Positions 59,025-64,000 of a stretch of DNA of 64,000 bases are shown piece after piece. The DNA comes from a virus. The notes beneath the pieces were generated by a model, which was not told the DNA's origin, searched no databases, and saw only the letters and a list, made by a program, of their open reading frames with translations. The position numbers and the translations under genes are program-made. The stretch spans positions 1 to 64,000 of IMG/VR virus record IMGVR_UViG_3300025853_008930; one strand, given 5' to 3'. How positions within the stretch are numbered: the stretch's first letter is position 1; every line of letters begins with the position of its first letter.

Positions 59025-59228
59025 GTCTAGCCGGCATAATAGACAAGAACAGACCGGAGTTAAGCGGCCTATCGGCTTAACACTATGGCCTAATGACGAG
59101 AGGAAACTTGGAATAGAGGTAAAGTGGCTAGAAAAACATGGCGATGGATATGAACGCCCGTATCTAACAAATCAAGTGTTTTTTGCAGGACTAGGGGATA
59201 TAGGCTCTCCCCTAGTCCAAGTTTTTTT
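59025..59228 (+). ncRNA. Cassette 2: putative ~200-nt structured RNA
   Basis: No self-contained ORF; stems TCTAGCC/GGCTAGA and GTTAAGC/GCTTAAC; 11-bp terminal hairpin plus T run. Confidence 0.5.
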
Positions 59229-59233
59229 ATCGA

Positions 59234-59300
59234 GGTTTGGTGTCGTTATATATTATAACGGTGAATGTGACACCAAACCATATGGTATGCTTTCAATACC
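59234..59300 (+). repeat. Array repeat R3
   Basis: GGTTTGGTGTC..GACACCAAACC-ATAT-GGTAT-GCTTTCA-ATACC (compensatory changes in the small stem). Confidence 0.9.
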
Positions 59301-59331
59301 CGTTTCATATAGTTGTATAGTAATAGTATGC

Positions 59332-59619
59332 ATGTCAGTAGTACAAAAACCGATTAGGCCTAATATTGAAGATTACCAAATTGATAGTGAAAATGATTGG
59401 ATTGAAACATTTTGGAGAGATATGGAAACATATAACAATGAAATGAGATTGTGGAATTTTCGCCAACAGTGGTTAAGTGAATATGGAGTAACTGAAGAAA
59501 TGTGGATTCAAACACCTGTTGAACTTCAGCGAATTATGGTCGAGTTACATCATGAATGTGAGAAGCAAAATCAACTCATGTATGACCTTGAGGAATGGCG
59601 TGACTCAATGCCCATTTGA
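59332..59619 (+). CDS. Cassette 3 hypothetical protein (leaderless, 95 aa)
   Basis: MSVVQKPIRP...; ATG 52 nt after the repeat ATAT. Confidence 0.7.
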   Translation: MSVVQKPIRPNIEDYQIDSENDWIETFWRDMETYNNEMRLWNFRQQWLSEYGVTEEMWIQTPVELQRIMVELHHECEKQNQLMYDLEEWRDSMPI

Positions 59620-59629
59620 GGCATTAGTC

Positions 59630-59679
59630 GGTCAAAAAACCTCCCTTGCTTTCGGGCTTGGGAGGTTTTACCTTTTTTT
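59630..59679 (+). terminator. Hairpin/T-tract terminator
   Basis: AAAACCTCCC..TTCG..GGGAGGTTTT followed by ACC and a T run. Confidence 0.8.
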
Positions 59680-59684
59680 ATTGA

Positions 59685-59750
59685 GGTTTGAGGTCGTTTT
59701 AATTAACTTACTAGATAGTAACCTCAAACCATATGGTTCACTTTAGGAAC
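59685..59750 (+). repeat. Array repeat R4
   Basis: GGTTTGAGGT..ACCTCAAACC-ATAT-GGTTC-ACTTTAG-GAAC. Confidence 0.9.
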
Positions 59751-59798
59751 ACGAATTATATATTATATCTATATTAGAGGGTAGAAAGAGTGATTAAA

Positions 59799-60200
59799 AT
59801 GGTGTGCGAAGAATGTGGAAGAGGATTGAGATATAATACAGAAAGCGGTTTATGTAGTATGTGCATGAATGATTTAATAGACGAGACGCTAGAGCGTTTT
59901 ATGCAAGAAGAGTATAAGGCAGAAGGCGAAAAGGTGTTTAAATGCCCTAAGTGTAATCGCTTAGACTGTATTCAAGGAGACTTTGTTTTGAATGATTGGG
60001 AAGAGTTTAAACCTATACTAAAACCGACAAATACTGATATGTGGTGTCAATATATGTATAAGGGTAAAATGGTTCAAGGTAACACTTTACTGGATGAAAT
60101 TCAGGAGTTAAGAATGGAATGCAAGTATTGTGGATATGACTTTGACGGCCAAGACGACGAACTTAACAACAACACAGTTATTACTCATGGAGGTGTCTAA
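59799..60200 (+). CDS. Cassette 4 zinc-finger protein
   Basis: CEEC, CSMC, CPKC and CKYC pairs; GAGTGA RBS. Confidence 0.7.
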   Translation: MVCEECGRGLRYNTESGLCSMCMNDLIDETLERFMQEEYKAEGEKVFKCPKCNRLDCIQGDFVLNDWEEFKPILKPTNTDMWCQYMYKGKMVQGNTLLDEIQELRMECKYCGYDFDGQDDELNNNTVITHGGV

Positions 60201-60202
60201 TA

Positions 60203-60385
60203 ATGATAGTAATAACAGGTTGGGCAGTTTGGGATAATGAGGCATGGAGGACAGATTTTCGGAACATATACCCCACAAAGGAACTTGCTATGGAAGCGGC
60301 TAAAAAGCATTATAGTTACTTAGGAGACACAGAAGAAGACTATGGCGACCACATGATAAGTCCGGTTGAAATAACGGTTCATTGA
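60203..60385 (+). CDS. Cassette 4 small protein
   Basis: GGAGGT RBS; IYPTKELAMEAA. Confidence 0.65.
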   Translation: MIVITGWAVWDNEAWRTDFRNIYPTKELAMEAAKKHYSYLGDTEEDYGDHMISPVEITVH

Positions 60386-60392
60386 GTTAAAC

Positions 60393-60442
60393 GGTAAAAA
60401 AACCCCTTGTTTTTAGGAGCAAGGGGTTTTTACCTTTTTTTT
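60393..60442 (+). terminator. Hairpin/T-tract terminator
   Basis: AAAAACCCCTTG..CAAGGGGTTTTT followed by ACC and a T run. Confidence 0.8.
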
Positions 60443-60447
60443 ATTGA

Positions 60448-60512
60448 GGTTTGAGGTCGTTTTATACTTATTACTGTTAGTAACCTCAAACCATATGGTT
60501 CACTTTCGGAAC
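60448..60512 (+). repeat. Array repeat R5
   Basis: GGTTTGAGGT..ACCTCAAACC-ATAT-GGTTC-ACTTTCG-GAAC. Confidence 0.9.
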
Positions 60513-60544
60513 TCGGATTATATATCGAACAGGGTGGAGTATGC

Positions 60545-61023
60545 ATGTCGGGAGTCATGAACCGGCAGGGATTGACCGAACACCCTATTGAACGGGGGTA
60601 AGGTGCAATGTTCCGAGTAGTTTCGGCTTATGTAATTATGATGCTCTAATGAGTGAGTTTTTACCTCTAAGAAAAAGTCCTTGAACCTCAAAAGGGGAGT
60701 TATTACTAGTAACTTGGATAACATTGGCAGTATGGCTCTTAAGAATCAAAGAATCAAGAGAGCGTTCAAAGTGAGTGCGACCCAATCGTATCATACTTGA
60801 AGATACCCAACTCTTCATCCCATCCTATTCCAATGGCTATTAGTGGCCATAACACCATTGAGAAACAAAGGCGAAAGTCAAAGTTGAAAATGTAAGGCGG
60901 CAGAAAATAGAAAGAGATTGTAAGTTATCTAAATACTAGTTAGTTAGTGACCTCTCATCAAACCTACTAAGCATCACGCATTCCCTTGCTTTGAACGAGT
61001 AGCCGGAGTTTCTCACTTTTTTT
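60545..61023 (+). ncRNA. Cassette 5: putative ~480-nt structured RNA
   Basis: Bounded by promoter and T-tract; no + strand ORF of 60 aa or more; several stems including TGAGAAAC/GTTTCTCA and GGC-GAAA-GTC. Confidence 0.55.
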
Positions 61024-61028
61024 ATCGA

Positions 61029-61100
61029 GGTTTGGCATCGTTATTATTATGAATTACTTTACCTATGGTAATGCCAAACCATATGGTTCACTTTGAGAAC
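61029..61100 (+). repeat. Array repeat R6
   Basis: GGTTTGGCAT..ATGCCAAACC-ATAT-GGTTC-ACTTTGA-GAAC. Confidence 0.9.
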
Positions 61101-61174
61101 ACGGTTCTTATACCGAATCATAGGTAGTAGTCGCTTCAAGGGGTTGAAGTGTAATTATCATTGAGGTGAAAATT

Positions 61175-61651
61175 ATGAATTTGGAAAAACTAGAAACTAA
61201 TAGAAATAACATACGAACATGGATGAAGGAAAACGAAAGCCCGCTTAATGATGCTTTAGAGGGTCTACTCACAGCATCGGAGTTGGCTAAAACTGATGAT
61301 GAGGCGGTCAAGTATTGGTCGTCAATTCGTTCACTTTGTGGCAACATGAGTCCTTCTCCTGTTAGAAAAGGTGTGCAATCAAAATACAGTGTCGAGCAAT
61401 TGGCAGTATTAGACGCTATTGGAACAGAAGTTGATGAGGCTTCTGTCCGCTACCACAACGACGGTATTATGTCTAAGGTATTGTTTTCTCACGGTAAATC
61501 CGGTGGAAAAACTATGCTTGCAGAAGTATTTGGTAAGACTATGAGAAATATGACCATCAGCAAACTTAAGAAAAAGTTAGATGCAGGAATATGGGATGGA
61601 ACTCTAGCCGGTTTAGACTCCTTGACCGAAACAACGGAGGATAATGAGTGA
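61175..61651 (+). CDS. Cassette 6 protein, paralogue of 62460-62969
   Basis: YWSSIRSLCGNMSPSPVRKG...WDGTL; GAGGTGA RBS. Confidence 0.75.
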   Translation: MNLEKLETNRNNIRTWMKENESPLNDALEGLLTASELAKTDDEAVKYWSSIRSLCGNMSPSPVRKGVQSKYSVEQLAVLDAIGTEVDEASVRYHNDGIMSKVLFSHGKSGGKTMLAEVFGKTMRNMTISKLKKKLDAGIWDGTLAGLDSLTETTEDNE

Positions 61652-61686
61652 TTAACATTTCAACCCCTTGTTGCCCCCACTCCCGA

Positions 61687-61782
61687 TTAGGCCGAATAGT
61701 GAAACTACTCTTACAGTGCAGTAAATAAGCACTTCTTAAGAGATTTGAAAAAATAGTTTCACTATTCGGTCTAAGTTTTTTT
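61687..61782 (+). ncRNA. Conserved 3' RNA element, copy 1
   Basis: 21-bp outer stem (one G-U) enclosing CTCTTA-CAGTGC..GCACTTCT-TAAGAG-ATTTG-AAAAAA. Confidence 0.65.
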
Positions 61783-61788
61783 ATTTAG

Positions 61789-61859
61789 GGTTTGATGCGG
61801 CCTTCGGCCTAAATGTTTAAAGAACATTTCATCAAACCATATGGTTCACTTTAAGAACC
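61789..61859 (+). repeat. Array repeat R7
   Basis: GGTTTGATG..CATCAAACC-ATAT-GGTTC-ACTTTAA-GAACC. Confidence 0.9.
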
Positions 61860-61890
61860 CGATTGATATATCTATTGGCATGGAGATAAC

Positions 61891-62238
61891 ATGCGAAAAA
61901 TAACACAAGACGCAATAAGAGCATTTGAACAGCATAAGAAATTTAAGCGAAGCAATACCGAAGTTGAAGTAAGTGGAAGCGGATTATTTGCCGAACTAAA
62001 ACTACATGGGAATACAATCGCCAAAAGTGGAATATTTGAAGGTTTGATGATTTCATCAGCCGGATGGAATACCAACACCACAAAAGAACGCTTAAACGGA
62101 TTTGATGGAGTTCACATCCATCAAAAAGACTTCACATGGTATTTGAATGGCCGTGAATGGACAGGCGAATGGGTTGATGTTGATGATTTCACCAAACACG
62201 GCCATTATTGTCAATTCGTTGGCGGAACATCATTCTAA
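61891..62238 (+). CDS. Cassette 7 hypothetical phage protein
   Basis: ATG 52 nt after the repeat ATAT; LHGNTIA...GWNTNTTKERLN. Confidence 0.7.
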   Translation: MRKITQDAIRAFEQHKKFKRSNTEVEVSGSGLFAELKLHGNTIAKSGIFEGLMISSAGWNTNTTKERLNGFDGVHIHQKDFTWYLNGREWTGEWVDVDDFTKHGHYCQFVGGTSF

Positions 62239-62270
62239 TTATGAACTGATATAGTTTGAGGACTATAACT

Positions 62271-62309
62271 GCCTTTCTCGACCCTTCGGGGTCGGGATTG
62301 GCTTTTTTT
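62271..62309 (+). terminator. Hairpin/T-tract terminator
   Basis: CGACCC-TTCG-GGGTCG followed by a T run. Confidence 0.8.
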
Positions 62310-62311
62310 GG

Positions 62312-62380
62312 GGTTGTGAGTAATGTATTTTATAATACTAGGGGAGTATTACTCACAACCATATGGTTCACTTTGAGAAC
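62312..62380 (+). repeat. Array repeat R8
   Basis: GGTTGTGAGTAAT..ATTACTCACAACC-ATAT-GGTTC-ACTTTGA-GAAC. Confidence 0.9.
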
Positions 62381-62459
62381 TTGATTCATATACTATTAAG
62401 GAAATAGTAGTTGCTTCACGGGGTATGAAGTAAACTTACAAACATCGGAGTGATAAAAA

Positions 62460-62969
62460 ATGATGGAATATAGTAAAATAATTAGCAAAACAGACGATAT
62501 ATTGACTTGGCTTGATGTCAATGATGCAGGTGCTTTGGATAGTGCCATTCGAGGCATCATTGCAGTTGCTAGAGTCGAAGGACAGACAGAAAAACAATAC
62601 GGTAACTATTGGGGTAGTATTCGCCAAATGTGCGGCAACCTCCCAAACTCACCTATCCGCAAAGGAACTCAACCGTCACTACCTGTCGAAGCACAAGCGG
62701 TTGTGGATTCTGTAATGACTCAAGTAACAGATGCTTTTGCGGGTATTACTGAAAACACTGGACTACTTCTTGAAGTTATCCTACCTTTCAGAAATACAAC
62801 CGGCAAAGGCTTTGAGTCTATGGATGACCTAGCCGCATATATGGCAGGTCGAGCCCGTGATGCATTAATTAAGGCTCATAAAGATGGTCGTTGGGATGGA
62901 ACTCTTAACGACGGACTAACAGGTATGACCCCTCCTCAACCTGCATCAAAGAAGGAGGCTAGTAAGTAA
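62460..62969 (+). CDS. Cassette 8 protein, paralogue of 61175-61651
   Basis: YWGSIRQMCGNLPNSPIRKG...WDGTL; GGAGTGA RBS. Confidence 0.75.
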   Translation: MMEYSKIISKTDDILTWLDVNDAGALDSAIRGIIAVARVEGQTEKQYGNYWGSIRQMCGNLPNSPIRKGTQPSLPVEAQAVVDSVMTQVTDAFAGITENTGLLLEVILPFRNTTGKGFESMDDLAAYMAGRARDALIKAHKDGRWDGTLNDGLTGMTPPQPASKKEASK

Positions 62970-63017
62970 GGCTAACCGATTACCCCGTGTTGCCCCTCTA
63001 CTAAATTAATTCAACAA

Positions 63018-63119
63018 ATAGCACCCAAAGGACATTACAACTCATACAGTCAAGAGAGTTCACGACTTCTTATGAGATAGTAAAAAATAAAGTGTCCTTT
63101 GGGTGTCTATGCTTTTTTT
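63018..63119 (+). ncRNA. Conserved 3' RNA element, copy 2
   Basis: Outer stem CACCCAAAGGACAT/GTGTCCTTTGGGTG enclosing CTCATA-CAGTC..GACTTCT-TATGAG-ATAGT-AAAAAA. Confidence 0.65.
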
Positions 63120-63125
63120 ATGCAG

Positions 63126-63192
63126 GGTTTGAGGCGTAGAATAATATTCAACAAAAGAATGTGCCTCAAACCATATGGTTCACTTTCGGAAC
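63126..63192 (+). repeat. Array repeat R9
   Basis: GGTTTGAGGC..GCCTCAAACC-ATAT-GGTTC-ACTTTCG-GAAC. Confidence 0.9.
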
Positions 63193-63224
63193 ACAATTGA
63201 TATACGCCTCGACCTATAGATACC

Positions 63225-63497
63225 ATGACGGTAATAGATTGGCATGAGCAAGTAAGAGAATACAAAAAACACTATGATGATGATGATGGGATTCATGAAT
63301 ATATAGAAGGGTTACTCCCTGTATATTTCGGTGACATCAACCAAGTATATCATGATGAGATAGGAACACCTCTCAATATTGAGATTGAACCTCATCATGT
63401 CGGCCTTGAGTTTTGGCGAATAATGATAGGTCATATTTTCGAGGAATATGTTGAGAAATTCTTAGAGGCTTGGCATGAAGTAGAGGAGGAAGAGTAA
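63225..63497 (+). CDS. Cassette 9 acidic protein (leaderless)
   Basis: ATG 52 nt after the repeat ATAT; very acidic. Confidence 0.7.
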   Translation: MTVIDWHEQVREYKKHYDDDDGIHEYIEGLLPVYFGDINQVYHDEIGTPLNIEIEPHHVGLEFWRIMIGHIFEEYVEKFLEAWHEVEEEE

Positions 63498-63716
63498 ATG
63501 ATACCGAGATGGAACGACGAAGTTTATCCGGTAATATCTTCCTTAGACGGTTTCAATAATTCAGCAATTGAAGCGATATGTAGCACATACAAAGACGCAA
63601 AAAATTATGTTGCTAAATTAGAGAGTAGAGAGGCGTTAAAGGGTCTTGAGTTCGCTATCCTATGCTTCGACATAATAGAATGCGGGGAAATAGTAGACAG
63701 TAAAATACTGGAATAA
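63498..63716 (+). CDS. Cassette 9 small protein
   Basis: Abuts the upstream stop; GAGG RBS. Confidence 0.6.
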   Translation: MIPRWNDEVYPVISSLDGFNNSAIEAICSTYKDAKNYVAKLESREALKGLEFAILCFDIIECGEIVDSKILE

Positions 63717-63725
63717 ATCACACTC

Positions 63726-63775
63726 GGTCAAAAAAACCGGCTATCTTTCGGGGTAGTCGGTTTTTACCTTTTTTT
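63726..63775 (+). terminator. Hairpin/T-tract terminator
   Basis: AAAAACCGGCTATC-TTTCGG-GGTAGTCGGTTTTT followed by ACC and a T run. Confidence 0.8.
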
Positions 63776-63778
63776 CGA

Positions 63779-63830
63779 GGTTTTGTGCAGTTATTATTTA
63801 TTTAACCCCTTGACAGTTGCACAAAACCAT
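63779..63830 (+). repeat. Array repeat R10 (long hairpin only, promoter half missing)
   Basis: GGTTTTGTGCA..TGCACAAAACC-AT, then diverges. Confidence 0.75.
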
Positions 63831-64000
63831 ACCACATTATAACCATAAGCCTTCACTTGGTAGCAACAATTACTACCCAAGATTCCCACACCCTCGATAA
63901 TATTATTTTCAATTGAGTGTATAAATAATGAAAATAATAATAAAAATATCAATATCATATACTATATAATAGTAAGAAAAACATTATTTTGGGTCAGCAG

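Noticed and set aside
59089-59107. Hammerhead-like CTAATGA...GAAAC
   Set aside because: The core deviates from CUGANGA and no convincing stems I-III were found.
58876-59331. N-terminal part of the 247-aa ORF in the track
   Set aside because: It starts inside a terminator and crosses two repeats and another terminator; ATG 59332 fits the +52 rule.
60518-62715. Minus-strand and alternate-frame ORFs in the array (60518-60724, 60636-60818, 61108-61347, 61872-62081, 62436-62627, 62512-62715, also 59519-59746)
   Set aside because: They oppose or overlap the cassette promoter polarity and lack start signals.
58364-63830. CRISPR array
   Set aside because: Repeats are 330-810 bp apart, separated by genes or RNAs and variable in sequence; no cas genes seen.
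58902-63830. Canonical integron attC sites
   Set aside because: Arm order is GGTT...AACC rather than RYYYAAC...GTTRRRY, each cassette has its own promoter, and no integrase is visible; kept only as an analogy.
1-64000. tRNA, rRNA, reverse transcriptase/DGR or stop-codon reassignment
   Set aside because: None recognised by eye; long ORFs tile densely under the standard code. tRNAscan-SE was not run.

Overview
AT-rich 64-kb segment of a tailed dsDNA virus (HK97-type head, long non-contractile tail) with archaeal-type signals (GGTGA ribosome-binding sites, TATA-box promoters, leaderless starts). Gene content fits a Marine Group II (Poseidoniales) virus, a 'magrovirus'; this is an inference, no search was run. 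Layout: (1) 1-4230 (+) replication module: AEP primase, ERCC4 nuclease, MCM-like ATPase, DEDD exonuclease. (2) 4332-57841 (-) a long morphogenesis region: tail fibre and tip proteins, tape measure, a tail chaperone with a -1 frameshift, tail tube, neck, a small-GTPase/membrane-protein module, capsid, protease-scaffold, ATP-dependent ligase, portal, terminase and many accessory ORFs. (3) 58320-63830 (+) an array of nine self-contained expression cassettes bounded by ten structured repeats. Two systems stand out. (A) At least 22 unrelated proteins start with the leader M-(x)-W-x-x-[IV]-[LIV]-K, a few with variants. It resembles the C-terminal WxDIHK of the scaffold, suggesting a capsid-loading address tag on cargo that includes ART-like and nucleotidyltransferase-like domains. 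(B) The array repeat is a covarying double hairpin (GGTT..AACC-ATAT-GGTTC-N7-GAAC) fused to a TATA promoter with an inferred fixed +52 start. It precedes ORF cassettes, two ORF-less structured-RNA cassettes, and two paralogous genes clamped by complementary UTRs and followed by a conserved RNA motif.
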